This document shows positions 38,346 to 52,247 of a DNA stretch of 64,000 nucleotides, piece by piece. Below the pieces are notes generated by a model. The model worked only from the letters and a program-made list of their open reading frames with translations, did no database searches and was not told the origin of the DNA. Within the stretch, counting starts at the first letter, position 1. Each line of letters starts with the position of its first letter. The DNA lies in contig CM059433.1 of assembly GCA_030390025.1 (NCBI GenBank), positions 8,868,001 through 8,932,000 on the forward strand. Direction: 5' to 3'. Made by a program: the position numbers and the translations under genes. Source of the DNA: Squalus acanthias. Its lineage: Eukaryota.

Positions 38346-39154
38346 CCTACCATAACGTAGATATTATGGGGTGCAAATTCCACTTCTCCACTGCTGGCGC
38401 ACGCCAGGCATGCATACCGCAAAAGTGCGCACTCCCAGACGTAATTTTCCATTCATTGTTTCCAGCCAGACGTGATCAGATCAAGATTCGTATATGTAAA
38501 AGGATTTATTCCTCAGTTCAAATATATCCAAATGCAAATCTTAGATGGTTTCTCACCGTCCAATCAACAGGGACAGATTGGTGTGGCCCCCTCACAACAC
38601 AGTTAGCGGTGAAAGTGATGAAGTCTTGGGCACTGTTGATTAGATTCATAGAATTTTACAGCACCGAAGGGGACCATTTGGTCCATGGTCTCTGCGTTGG
38701 GTCTCTGAAAGAGCTCTCCATTCAATTCCACTCCCCTGCCTTTCCCTAGCGAACTTTAAAAATTTTTATTTTTCAAGTATTTATCCCACTTTCCCCTTTA
38801 AAAAATGTTCTATTCTGTCCTCTTGCAGCAGATGGAACAGCTGTGTGACTGCTAAAGCTGAGCCTCTGGGGGCAGCAGTCCTCAGGCATTGCCAAGCAGC
38901 TGTTCCTGAGCCTGTAGATGTGATGGGTGGCACAGCGGCAGGTGTGGACACCACACTTCTGGTGCCACCTGCTATCTCTGGCAGCCCTGCCCTGCTCTAG
39001 CTTGTCCTCGTCCCATAATTGCTATTGTTGTAATGTTGTACATCAACAGCAATTTCGAGGCTATGAAACATAATTGGCTACCAATGCTTTTAAAGAAAAA
39101 CTACCTGACTCACCTAGGGTTCACCATAAACACACGGGACCAGAAATTCCAATG

Positions 39155-40145
39155 GTTTGGTAAGGCATATACCCGGCAGACCTATCTGGGGAGGGTCGGG
39201 ATTGAAGATTTAGAGCAAATCCACCAGTTTTATGCTCCAGTTAAGTCCTGCCTTAAATTCTGCCAGAAGTGAAGAAAGATGTATGATATGCTGATCATAG
39301 CCAAGATACAACCATGCAAATGATTGATATTTTGTGAAGCTTCCGGGTTTTTTTGGAAAATTTAATACAAGGGTGCTGTGTGGGTTTTCCAATGGAGATT
39401 CCCCTCTTTGTGATATATATGTTGAGAAAGAGGAGGAGGAAAACCAGGAGGCCAAGCTTATATGGCAGCACTGCAGGAGATACAGATACCCTTCTGCAGA
39501 TACCCAACCACCAGGGTGAATGGACCAAGAAGATGTCATTGGCATATCGCCCGGGAGTTATGTGCAAAGAGGCTATGGTTCAACCCAGAACCTCTGAAGA
39601 GCTTTAGTCTGAAGATCTGCAAACTTTCCTCAAGAAAGAGGACAGCGCTTACTCAGAAAGTCACGACTGCATTGAATTTCTTGGCACCGGCTCATTTCAG
39701 GGGACAACAGACAACCTCTGACAGTTCGCTCTCCATTCTTGCATTAATGCCCTGTTTTGCCCAATTAATTACATTTGACGCAGGAACAAGAGAATTGAGA
39801 GTGGGCCATTAATTTTCGTCTAATTGCAGGGTGTCCATGAAATCTTGAAGCTATAGCTTGCACTCGTGCATCCGTACAAGCCCTTACTGTCAGCCACACT
39901 ACTATGTCAACCAACGGGGATTTCACTTTCTTAATGTCCAATTAGTATGCGATTACAGGCACAGGTTTCTACACATCGCTGCCCATTGTGCAAGGAGCTG
40001 TCCAGATTCATTCCTCCTTCAGCAGTCCAGTTGTCCCTGCACTCTTTCAGAATGGAATAACGTGCGAGCTGGAGACAAGGGGTATCCAATACTCGGTACC
40101 ATGGCTGCTAACACCATTGAAAAGGACCAACAGTGAGGCGGAGGA
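39155..40145 (+). pseudogene. Degraded Harbinger transposase
   Basis: QKVTTALNFLA; YVNQRGFHFLNVQLVCD; GDKGYP; TIR-like GGGACCAGAAATTCC at ~39136. Confidence 0.72.
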
Positions 40146-40149
40146 AAGC

Positions 40150-42666
40150 TGGTGATCCATCCGTGGCTAACTAAAGAAGCTAAGGATAGTATTAGATTAA
40201 AAGAAGAGGCTTATAATGTTGCAAAGAATAGTAGTAAGCCTGAGGATTGGGAGAGCTTTAGAAACCAGCAAAGGATGACCAAAAAATTGATAAAAAGGGA
40301 GAAAATAGAATACGAGAGTAAATGAGCAAGAAATATAAAAACAGATTGTAAGAGCTTCTACAAGTATGTAAAAAGGAAGAGAGTAGCAAAAGTAAGCGTT
40401 GGCCCCTTAGAGGCTGAGACAGGTGAAATTATAATGGGGAATAAGGAAATGGTAGAGACTTTAAACAAATATTTTGTATCTGTCGTCACAGTAGAAGACA
40501 CAAAAAGCATACTAAAAATAATGAGGAACCAAGGGGCTAATAAGAGTGAGGAATTTAAAATAATTAATATCAGTAGAGAAAAAGTACTCGAGAAACTAAT
40601 GGGACTAAAAGCCAACAATTCCCCTGGATCTGACGGCCTACATCCCAGGGTTCTAAAAGAGGTGGCTGCAGAGATAGTGGATGCATTGGTTGTGATCTTC
40701 CAAAATTCCCTAGATTCTAGAACGGTCCCAACAGATTGGAAAGTAGCAAATGTAACCCCGCTATTCAAGAAAGGAGGGAGAGAGAAAACAGGGAACTACA
40801 GGCCAGTTAGCCGGACATCAGTCGTCGGGAAAATGCTGGAAACCATTATTATGGAAGTGGTATCAGGGCACTTAGAAAATCATAACATGATTAGGCAGAG
40901 TCAACATGGTTTTATGAAAGGGAAATAGTGTTTAAAAAATTTATTAGAGTTTTTTGAGGATGTAACTAGCAGGGTAGATAAAGGGGAACCTGTGGAGTGT
41001 ATTTGGATTTCCAAAATGCATTCGATAAGGTGCCACATAAAAGGTTGCTACGCAAGATAAGGGCTCATGGGGTTGGGGGTAATATATTAGCATGGATAGA
41101 GGATTGGTTAATGGACAGAAAACAGAGAGTAGGGATAAACGGCTCATTTACCGGTTGGCAGGCTGTAACTAGTGGGGTGCCGCAAGGATCAGTGCTTGGG
41201 CCTCAGCTATTTACAATCTATATTAATGACTAAGATGAAGGGACTGAGTGCAATGTATCCAAGTTTGCTGACGATACAAAGCTAGGTGGGACAGTAAGCG
41301 GTGAGGAGAACACAAAGAGTCTGCAAAGGGATATAGATAGACTAAGTGAGTGGGCAATAAGGTGGCAGATGGAATATAATGTGAGGAAATATGAGGTTAT
41401 TCACTTTGGTAGGAAGAATAGAAAAACAGAATATTTTTTAAATGGTGAGAAACTATTAAATGTTGGTGTTCAGAGAGATTTAGGTGTCACCGTACAGGAA
41501 ACACAGGGGCCGGAATATTGCCGGTGCTCAGGGGGCGGGTTTGGAGGCGGGACATCTGGCAAAATCGCAAAGATTGACAGCGGGCAGGAAACCCGCTGTC
41601 AACCTGCCTCCAATCAATCTTCCCAAGTGTCGGGTCCCCGATTTGCGCGGGGACCCGACGCCTAGCGGCGGGAAGAGGATTATAGCCACTTAACTGCTTG
41701 TTAAACAGGTTGTTAACAGGCAGTTACCAGGCTTTTTCCAATTTTGACACTTCTACTGCGGGCTTCCCGAAGTCCGGACACCACGCCAGGTAAGTGTGGC
41801 GTGTTGTGAGTCTGCTGTAATGTTTATGCATTGAGGACAGCTGCAGAAGTGGTGTGAAGGGCGCACTTAACAAGGCCAATTGATGTAAAATTACGTCTGT
41901 GGGCCGGATATAGACTGGAACCCGGAAGGCAGCTGACCCGCTCCCAAGCCGCCTCGAAGCATAAAACGTGGCCAGAGAGTTAGTATGCACGTACGGTAAG
42001 CAATTAGGAAGGCAAATGGCATGTTGGCCTTTATTGCAAGGGGGTTGGAGTGCAAGAGTAAGGAAGTCTTGCTACAATTGTACAGTGCTTTGGTGAGACC
42101 ACACCTGGAGTACTGTGCACAGTTTTGGTCTCCTTACCTGAGGAAGCACATACATGCTTTAGAGGTGGTGCAATGAAGGTTCACTAGATTGATTCCTGGG
42201 ATGAGAGGGCTGTCCTATGATGAGAGATTGTGTAGAATGGGCCTATACTCTCTGGAGTTTAGAAGAATGAGAGGTGATCTCATTGAAACATACAAGATTC
42301 TGAAGGGGATTGACAGGGTAGATGCTGAGAGGTTGTTTCCCCTGGCTGGAGTGTCTAGAACTAGGGGGCATAGTCTCAGGATAAGGGGTCGGCTTTTTAA
42401 GACTGAGATGAGGAGGAATTTCTTCACTCAGAGGGTTGTGAATCTTTGGAATTCTCTACCCCAAAGGGCTGTGGATGCCGAATCGTTGAGTATATTCAAG
42501 ACTGAGATAGATAGATTTTTTTTGGATTCTAGGGGAATCAAGGGATATGGGGATCGGACGGGAAAGTGGGGTTGAGATCGAAGATCAGCCATGATCTTAC
42601 TGAATAGCGGAGCAGGCTCGAGGGGCCGTATGGCCGACTCCTGCTCCTATTTCTTATGTTCTTATG
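40150..42666 (+). mobile_element. CR1 LINE (RT domain to 3' end), with stops, interrupted by a DNA element
   Basis: SPGSDGLHPRVLKE, GNYRPVS, YLDFQNAFDKVPH, GVPQGSVLGP, FADDTK, LEFRRMRGDLIE. Confidence 0.95.
41507..41972. mobile_element. MITE-like insertion within CR1
   Basis: Interrupts CR1 between gaaacacag and agagttagtatgca; starts GGGCCGGAATATT; candidate CAG TSD. Confidence 0.6.
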
Positions 42667-43509
42667 CTCTACAATGAGATTCACATCCGAATCTTGAATT
42701 ACAAATAACCTCACATTTCCCCACATTATACTCCATCTGCCTCCTTATTGCCCACTCACTTAATCTGTCTATATCCCTTTACAGGCTCTCTGTGTCATCC
42801 TCACACCTTACTTTCTGGCCAGCAGCACGCTGAAGGGAAGATTCAGGAGCCTAGACATGCCCGGGACCTCCCCTTGGTCCGCTCCCAATGTTATTTCATG
42901 AATTGTGGTTTTCTGCTGTGTCCTCCACAGTTTTGCTCTTCAGAAAGTCCTGGAAGTTGAGATTCCAGCGAGGAAATAGAGTCAAAAGCTGAATCTCCCC
43001 GACCCCCCACCCCCCCGAGACAGAAAAAGTCGGACATGAGGAAGACACAGCAGAATCACAGCTACTGGGACAGAGCTGTGAGACAAACTCATCAGAGAGA
43101 CTTTCAGTACCATCTGATCGCATTATAATTATAGAACATCTGTAATAAGCAGAATGCTCCGCATAATTTAAACTTACATCCCTTCAGAACAGTCCATTCA
43201 TCATTAAAAGCTAAAGTCCCAAGTCCACAAATATCTTGTTCAGCTTCAGTGCAACTTCATGCTTTGAACTGAAAAATCACGATCATAACGTTATTTCTAA
43301 CAAAAATCATATAAAGCTTCTGGAACTTTATAATTGGGACGTTATTTAGAATCACCTTTCCCCTTCTGACTTTTTGCTTTTTCTCATTCCTAATCTAATG
43401 TTTCTTCTAAGTGTACCCTGAGGGGCTGGGTTCAGGAGATATTGACGGCTGCTCTAGATGACCTGAAGCCTCTCGGGACAGAGGTGGCCATTGTCTCAGG
43501 GCGACTGGG

Positions 43510-43930
43510 TCCTGCAGTGGAGCTGCCATAGAGGGACGCACTAAAGGTTGGTGCCGTCGCCACAAAGGCACGATGGGGAAGGGCCACAGTTTAAGGCCCT
43601 CCCGCCAGTGTACACCGAGGGGCTGGAACCAGTATAAAAAACCCCCTCGAACTGTATGACGCAGAAATGCTTAAATGGAAATGTACTTGAAATCTGTTTT
43701 GTGTAAATAGAGTACTGCATTCATCTGTATTATGCCATACGTAATAGGATTTGTGGATTGTATTGTAATGTATTTTAACAAGTATTGAAATGTGTAATGA
43801 AAATGTATCGCAAATTGTCTCTGTAAATTGAGTGCCATGTTGTGTTGTACCACATCAAATGTGACGTGGACTGTATTGTAATGTATTTGAACAAATCTTT
43901 ATGAATAAAGTATATTTTTGAAAAACAAAA
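43510..43930 (+). mobile_element. Tx1/L1-clade LINE 3' end with AATAAA and A-rich tail
   Basis: RDALKVGAVATKARWGRATV* resembles a Tx1-type C-terminus; 3' UTR ends ttatgaataaagtatatttttgaaaaacaaaa. Confidence 0.6.
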
Positions 43931-44477
43931 CCAGTAACTGCTCTCCTTGTCTGAACCAAGCACCCAGTACCTGAGCCATGAATAGCCAACAGTTCAATCA
44001 TCAGAGAATCATAGAAATTTACAGCACAGAAGGAGGCCATTCGGCCCATCGTGTCTGTTCCGGCAAAACGCAGCAGTTGCCTTGATGCCCGACATGCAGG
44101 AGTCTGGCTGGCCTCGAACTCCAATTTCACGTGGGCGACACTAGCGTATCACAGGAAAGCTGCTTTAACAGCAACAACTTGCATTTACATTGTGCCTCTA
44201 ACATAGAAATATACCGCAAGGTGCTTTAAAACAGCAATTTAATGCGCTTCCCCTTAATAACTGGATTGGTATTGCAAAAAAAGCCTAACTCTACAGTCTG
44301 TGTGCAGCGGCCACTGAAAAGCCCTGCTGACGTTTTATCGCTGGCGCTCAGCGGGCTAGAGCGAACGAATGAAAGAACTTGCATTTATATAGCACCTTTC
44401 ACATCCTCGGGACGTCCCAAAGCTTTACACAGCCAATGAGGTACTTTTGAGTCGAGTCACTGTTGTAATGTAGGCAA

Positions 44478-45458
44478 ACATCAATGATTTGGATGAGGCA
44501 ACCAAATATAATATTTCCAAGTTTGCTGACGACACGAAACTAGGTGGGATTGTGAGTTGTGAGGAGGATGCAAAGAGGCTTCAAGGCAATTTAGACAAGT
44601 TGAGTGAGTGGGCAAATACATGGCAGATGCAATATAACGTGGATAAATGTGAAGTTATCCACTTCGGTAGGAAAAACAGAAAGGCAGAGTATTATTTAAA
44701 TGGTGCTAGATTGGGAAATGCTGATGTACAAAGGGACCTGGGTGTCCTTGTACACCAGTCACTGAAAGCAAACATCCAGGTGCAGCAAGCAGTTAGGAAG
44801 GCAAATGGTATGTTGGCCTTCATTGCAAGAGGATTTGAGTACAGGAGCAAGGATGTCTTACTACAGTTATACAGGGCCTTGGTGAGACCACACCTGGAGT
44901 ACTGTGTGCAGTTTTGGTCTCCTTACCTAAGAAAGGATATACTTGCCATAGAGGGACTGCAGCGAAGGTTCACCAGACTGATTCCTGGGATGGCAGGACT
45001 GTCGTATGAGGAGAGATTGGGTCGACTAGGCCTGTATTCACTAGAGTTTAGAAGAATGAGAGGGGATCTCATTGAAACGTATAAAATTCTGACAGGGCTA
45101 GACAGACTGGATGCAGGGAGGATGTTTCCCCTGGCTGGGGGCTCTAGAACGAGGGGTCACAGTCTCAGGATACGGGGTAGGACATTTAGGACTGAGATGA
45201 GGAGAAATTTCTTCACTCAGAGGGTGGTGAACCTGTGGAATTCTCTACCACAGAAGGCTGTGGAGGCCAAGTCACTGAATATATTTAAGAAGGAGATAGA
45301 TAGATTTCTAGACACAAAAGGCATCAAGGGGCATGGGGAGAGAGCAGGAATATAGTATTGAGATAGAGGATCAGCCATGATCATATTGAATGGCAGAGCA
45401 GGCTCGAAGGGCCGAATAGCCTACTCCTGCTCCTATTTTTCTATGTTTCTATGTTTCT
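44478..45458 (+). mobile_element. CR1 LINE 3' fragment (288-aa open frame) inserted in a SINE
   Basis: ORF 44489..45355; (tttctatg) tail. Confidence 0.94.
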
Positions 45459-45780
45459 AAACAAGACAGCCAATTTGCACACAGCAAGGTCTCACAAACA
45501 ACAATGAGAAAAATGACAGGATAATCTGTTTTTGTTAGTGATGTTGGTTAAGAGATAAATGTCGGCCAGGATACTGAGAGAACTCCCCAGCTCTTCTTCA
45601 AAATAGTGCCATGGAATCTTTTATGTCCAGCTGAGAGAGTGAACGGGGCCTCAGTTTAAAGTCTCATCCAAAAGACAGCACGTCTGACAGTGCAGCACTC
45701 CCTCAGTACTGGAGTGAAGTATCGCCTTAGATTCTGTGTTCAAGTTTCTGGAGAGGGGCCTGAATTCATGACCTGACTCA

Positions 45781-46820
45781 GGTGGTTGAAGATCAATCAT
45801 CACAGCCCCAGGACATCGCTGCAGGAGTTCCTCAGGGCAGTGTCCTAGGCCCAACCATCTTCAGCTGCTTCATCAATAACCTTCCCTCCAACATAAGATC
45901 AGAAATGGGGATGTTTGCTGATGACTGCACAGTGTTCAGCGCCATTCACAACTCCTCAGATAATGAAGCAGTCCATGCCCACATGCAACAAGACCTGGAC
46001 GACGTTCAGGCTTGGGTTGATAAGTGGCAGGTAACATTTGCGCCACCGAAGTGCCAGACAATGACTATCTCCAACATGCTAGAGTCTAACCACCTCCCCT
46101 TGACATTCAACGGCATTACCATCGCCGAATCCCCCACCATCAACATCCTGGGGGGTCACCATTGACCAGAAACTCAACTGGAACAGCCACATAAATACTG
46201 TGGCAACAAGAGCAGGTCAGAGGTTAGGTATTCTGCGGCAAGTGTCTCACCTCCTGACTCCCCAAAGCCTTTCCACCATCTACAAGACACAAGTCAGGAG
46301 TGTGATGGAATACTCTCCACTTGCCTGGATGAGTGCAGCTCCAACAACACTCAAGAAGCTTGACACCATCCAGGACAAAGCAGCCCGCTTGATTGGCACC
46401 CCATCCACCACCTTAAACATTCACTCCCTCCACCACCGGCGTACCGTGGCTGCAGTGTGTACCATCTACAAGATGCACTGCAGCAACTCGCCAAGGCTCC
46501 TTCAGCAGCACCTCCCAAACCCGCGACCTCTTCCACCTGGAAGGACAAGGGCAGCAGGCGCATGGGAACACCACCACCTCCAAGTTCCCCTCCAAGTCAC
46601 ACACCATCCTGACTTAGAACTATATCGGCCGTTCCTTCATCGTCGCCGGGTCAAAATCCTGGAACTCCCTCCCTAACAGCACTGTGGGAGCACCTTCACC
46701 ACACGGACTGCAGTGGTTCAAGAAGGCGGCTCACCACCACCTTCTCAAAGGCAATTAGGGATGGGCAATAAATGCTGGCCTTGCCAGCGACGTCCACATC
46801 CCATAAACGAATAAAATAAA
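45781..46820 (+). mobile_element. CR1-group LINE family B, RT 3' part
   Basis: ORFs 45782..46165 (GVPQGSVLGP, FADD) and 46200..46676. Confidence 0.92.
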
Positions 46821-47130
46821 AGGAGTGCTACCGTTGAGCCAAGGCTGATCTTAAAGTGCACAAAGCTGAGAACTCCAAAAATGTTTGTCCCCTCCCACTT
46901 CCTGATTGCAGCTGGCATCATACGTCATGCCAATAGCAATTTCCAGGTTATTGGTACAATAAATGTTGGTTATCAATTACTGTATTAAAATAACCCACTT
47001 CTTTACTTAATGCCAGACTGAATACTTTAGAGGATTAGGGACGACTACTATGACTCTTTAGATGAAAGGAGAGACACATTCTGAGCACCAACCAATTTTT
47101 CAGCAGTATTACCAGGTTTAACACTGCCGT

Positions 47131-47590
47131 GGATATATATTAATCAGGGCATATGTTAATCAGGATACATATTAATCAGGAGATATATTAATTAGGATGT
47201 CTATTAATCAGGCCATATATTAACCAGGACACATAGTAATAAGGACATACCTTAATCAGGGCATAAGTTAATCAGAATATATATTAATCAGGACACATAT
47301 TAATCAGGAAATATGTTAGTCAGGACATATGTTAATGAGGATACAAATTAATCAGGTTCTATATTAATCAGGATATATATTAATCAGGACACATTGTAAT
47401 CAGGATATATGTTAATCAGGGCATATGTTAGTCCAGGTATATGTTAGTCAGGGCATATGTTAGTCCAGGTATATGTTAGTCAGGGCATATGTTAGTCCAG
47501 ATATATGTTAGTCAGGGTATATTTAATCAGGACATATATTAATCAGAACAAATACTAATTAAGACATATATACATCAGTATATATATTAG
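47131..47590. repeat. Minisatellite, 16-bp unit (consensus ~TTAATCAGGACATATA), roughly 28 copies
   Basis: Consecutive units ttaatcagggcatatg/ttaatcaggatacata/ttaatcaggagatata/ttaattaggatgtcta... Confidence 0.9.
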
Positions 47591-47634
47591 TTGGATTAGC
47601 AGTAATTGTTGCCCATTATTCTGGTTTAAAAGCT

Positions 47635-48000
47635 CTGCCTGTTCCCCCAATGGTATAGTGAGTACAGACATCTGGTCATGGTGCAGTACTGTGCCATATG
47701 GATAAGAAGATTCCTGGTTTGCTCTCTAGTGTGTGCTGAGTTAGCCAATCACAACAGGGCAACAGATGGTCATTACAGTTGGCATCAGCACCACCCCGCA
47801 CCCCCCTCCCGCCCCCCACCCCAGCTAGGAAGGGAAAAACACAGATAGGGTTCCTGTTCCCTATCCAGTGACTCCTACCAGAAGGTGCACATGCTGGGTA
47901 GGGATTGGATCATGCTCAGTCGAGATACTTAGATACTTTTCCTTAAACAAATAGCCTAACAAAGCTCCAGCATCTAGGCTCACGCATATACCTCGTTTAC
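47635..48000 (+). mobile_element. Old tRNA-type SINE of a second family; related copies at ~88-250, ~36250-36540 and ~62330-62765 (minus)
   Basis: Shared motif gtgctgagttagc..atc...acaattggc(c/a)tca...gggaaaaa...ggttcct across copies. Confidence 0.5.
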
Positions 48001-49684
48001 CAGAAGGCAACTTCTGCACGTGGCGAAGTAGCCCATCAGGAGTCGTCAGTACCCTCTGGAAAGGAGGGGGGAAGCTGGAGAAACAAAAGCAAAGCAAGAT
48101 AAACCCAATGTGGTGAGAGCCAAAAAAAAACAAATCTTAGCGCTTGTGACTCTGAACAAATTTGGAGTGGCCAAGCACATCTTTAAAAGCCAGCAGGATT
48201 GGCTTTATTTCATAATAATTTTTGCAGTTAAAAAGAGGAGCAGAGTATTTACCCTAACATTTACATCACTTTCTCCATCAGAAGTGCTCAAACCACATCC
48301 TAATTAATAATAAAAGCTCTTGCTTAATAGAATTCTTTTGCGTCTGTGTGTTGCGCCCACCCCCCGTCCCGTTTTCTTAGAAATTACATTTCTCCCTTTT
48401 CTAAAAAAAAAACAGACTTCTTCTTTTAATTTGCGAGAACAGATGTTCGAACATTACTTAAAAGAAGTGAGGAGAAGTGGACGGTGGGACAAGATTAGTC
48501 GCTGTGTTTGCTTTGCTCACAGGTCTCTCGTCCCACACAACCTGACTGGTAAAATCCAATTTATTAGACCAATTAGAGTTAATTTTAGCAAATAACAAGA
48601 ATTGTAACAAACACCTGTGAAATCACTGTTTTTTTTTGCCGCAGTATGTTGCCACAGCGCTTTCTGCTTTTGATTATTTTTATATGCACTTAATTATAAT
48701 CGCAGTAGGAAAAAAAATGTACGAGACCACAGCAATTAAACAGATACCTCTCGTTGGATGAATGTACTTTATAATGCAGAGTGTTGAAATCAAATTTCTC
48801 TTCAGATTCTAGTTATTGCTCTCTGAATAATTTACATGAAAACTCTCCTTATGTTCTCTGACGGTTGTTTTTGTCAAGTCTGCTTAAAAAAAAATCTAAT
48901 GGTGTCTGCAAGATTTTCTCCTGTATTAAATGTAGGATTGTTCGCTGAGAAGTCGTGACTAACAAAGCTTTTTCACTCACAAGGAAGCCTCACCACTCAC
49001 GAGGCTTTCGGGGAAGGGGGAGGAAGTCGTGCAGGCCCATCATAAATTAGTGAATCTCAGTAATCATTGATCCTGAGTGGGTTATTCTCTTCATTAAATG
49101 TACTGCACCCCCCTCCCCCCCCACCCGCACCGCCCCGCCCCGCCTTCCCCCACCAGCACATTATTTTTATCCAGTTTTTGATGATTGCTTTGTACTCAAA
49201 CAATTATGATAGGGCAGAGTTCACAAACGTGTTCCCGACGCAAAGCTTCACACACCAGGAGCACATGTTGGGAATTAACATGCAGGGGTCAGCATGCTCC
49301 ACAAGACTTTTCAAGCACAAATTCATCAAACCCATTCTGCTCAGTCCTAGACATTATCCCGATTATTTAATCTCCCTGGGGAGATTTCTGCAAAATTTCT
49401 TCCTGATCTCCATTATTTTTAGCAAACTTTTAATCATTGATTTGCAGCCAAATAACTATCATATGGTTCATACCAAACATAAAAAGCATAGACCATGGCC
49501 CATCCAGCTTACTTTCACAAACCATGCACAATCCACTCTATCATACACTCTACTCCAATTATTTAATTCCCCTGAGGGAAAGTTCTGAAAAACTTCTCCC
49601 TGGTCTCCAAACTGATCTCCAAACATTGTAATGTAAGATTCAATGCTATCTATCTACACTTACACCTCCATTTTTAATCACTTT

Positions 49685-50495
49685 ATGCAGATGTTGGCTG
49701 ATAAGTAGCAAGTAATATTCGTGCCACACAAGTGATAGGCAATGACCATTTCTAAGAAGAGAGTCTAATCACCTCCCCTTGACGTTCATAGGCATTACCA
49801 TCACTGAATCCCCCACTATCAACACCCTGAGGGGGTCACCATTGACCAGAAACTCAACAGGACCAGCTACGTAAATGCCGCGGTTATTAGACCAAGTCAG
49901 AGGCTGGGTATTCTGCGGCGAGAGGGTCACCTCATGACTCCCCAGAGCCTCTCCACCAACTACAAGGCACAAGTCAGGAGTGTGATGGAATACTCTCCAC
50001 TTGCCTGAATGGGTGCAGCTCCAACAACACTCAAGAAGCTCGGAACCAGTCAAGAAGGCCAAAACCAACCAGGGCAAAGCTTCCACTAGCCTATCCATCT
50101 ACCCCTTCCACCATCAGCATACCGTGGCTGCAGTGTGTACTATCTATAGGATGCACTGCAACAAGTCGCCAAGGCTTCTTCAGCAGCACTTCCCAGACCC
50201 ATGAACTCCACCACCTAGAAGGACAAGGGCAGCAGGTGCATGGGGACACCACCACCTCCAAGTACCCCTCCAAGTCACACACCATCCTGACTTGGACATA
50301 TAACGCAGTTCGTTCACTGTTGCTGGATCAAGATCCTGGAACTCCCTCCCTAACAGCACCGTGGGAGGACCTTCACCACACGGACTGAAGTGGTTCAGGA
50401 GGAAGGGCTCACCACCACCTTCTCAGCGCAACTAGAGATGGGCAATAAGAGCTTGCCTTGCCAGCAATGCCACATTTCGAGAATGAATTGAAAAA
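49685..50495 (+). mobile_element. CR1-group LINE family B, degraded
   Basis: Collinear with 46000-46810. Confidence 0.85.
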
Positions 50496-51439
50496 AAGAT
50501 GCCATTTCCTTGATCCCAACAGCATAGGATTCGTTGCTTCAATCCCATAGTAGACTTCCTCATCTCAATCTTTATTTATCCTTATTAACTAACCCCATTC
50601 CTAACCAGATATTTATCCAACTGTTTTTAGGAGTTAATCAACGTGACATGAAGGCCTTTTGCCGGGAGTCTGTCTCACAATCAATTGCGCGAAAGGGGAA
50701 AAAAATCTTCCAATCTCTAGTCTCTCACTGTTCAAGTTAAATAGGCTGCTTGCACCTACTTTATCTATGCCTCTGAACATTTGAAAGATCTGGAGGAAAG
50801 AATGTTCGGCTTGATATGTTTCGCGACATCATGAGCGTGGCGTTTTTTGAATACATTTATGATGTTATTACATACAGTGACCAGAGCAATTCTTCCCCTG
50901 GCCCTTGTCCCTTCTCAGTCTTCTTGCTGATACAATGGATCTTTGTGGAATAAGAGTATTTTGTTGAGCGCTTGTCTATCAGAAACACATTGAGCCACCA
51001 GCCAAAATAATCTTCTCATGCAACACAGTATGATTGATTACTCATGAGAGTAAATTGACATACCTTTTACCCATATTACACAGAGACTAATGGACATCAC
51101 TACAGTCAGCCACCTTGTTTTAGATTTTTGACAGCTATTGCTTTTATTTTTTGCATACAGCAAGATACATTGAAATAATTTTACGATGCTTCTCGGTGAC
51201 TGTGGTATAACCCCCCACCCCCGAACCCCCGCATCTATTTTCAGGCCTCCTCCCAAGTGCCTGGCAGGGGGAAAAAAGGAGCAGCTAAGGAAACTGGGGG
51301 TCAGAGGTTGCTGGCTAGCCCCTTCCGATTGGAGGAGCTGTAAAGGGGCTGCCAGTAACTTCCGAGCCCTTCAGGTAAGTATTAATCTTTGCTAGCAGGG
51401 TGCAGCCGGGCTCCGCGACAGGACTGGAGGCCGTCTCGT

Positions 51440-51805
51440 TGCTGTACTGAGGGAGCGCGGCGCTGTCGGAAGGTGCCGTCTTTCGGATGAGATGTTAAAC
51501 CGAGGCCCCGTCTGCTCTCTCAGGTGGATTGTAACAGATCCCACGGCACTATTTTGATGAAGAGCAGGGGGAGTTATCCCCAGTGTTCTGGGCCGATATT
51601 TATTCCACAATCGACGTCACTAAAACAGATTACCTGGTCATTGCTGTTTGTGGGAGCTTGCTGTGCGCAAATTGGCTGCTGCTGCGTTTCCTACATTACA
51701 ACAGTGACTCCACTTCAAAAAGTACTTCATTGGCTGTAAAGCGCTTTGAGACGTCTGGTGGTCGTGAAAGGCGCTATAGAAATGCAAGTCTTTCTTTTTG
51801 TTTGT
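51440..51805 (+). mobile_element. SacSINE-like SINE lacking its tRNA head
   Basis: Matches 60970-61306. Confidence 0.85.
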
Positions 51806-52247
51806 TTCTGACAACAGCCAGAAGGCCCACACCCGCCAGCGATTTGCACTGGCTTAGGTCGCTTAGGCCTGCAGCAGCACTCAACTTCGCTCCCCCCCCC
51901 TCCCCCCCACCCCGCCGATCTGGAGCAAGCGCCCGTTCCACAGGCAGTACTTCCCACCTAGTACAGGCCCAACCCATGCAAATGAACTGATCCCGAAAAT
52001 TCACCCGGGTTTAAGTAACGTTTAAGTTGGCCAAGGTTTCAAATGTGCGAATCCCAATTAATGCTGGGGCATGGGCAGATTGGGGGGGGGGGGGGGCGGG
52101 GGGATGGAGAAAAAACCCGTCTCACAAATCTTGCTTTAGTGCTCAGGAATCAGATTGCCGAACTGACTCGGAGTTAAACTGCAACTTTCACCTCAACACA
52201 AACCCAAAATCAACATTGGTAGTACAACAGCAACTTAATATTAGCAC

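Larger units (their letters stand above)
44372..46848 (-). mobile_element. SacSINE-like SINE split into three pieces (~44372-44477, ~45460-45780, ~46821-46848)
   Basis: SINE homology is collinear across two LINE insertions. Confidence 0.72.

Noticed and set aside
47131..47590. CRISPR array
   Set aside because: Head-to-tail 16-bp units without unique spacers; vertebrate context and no cas genes
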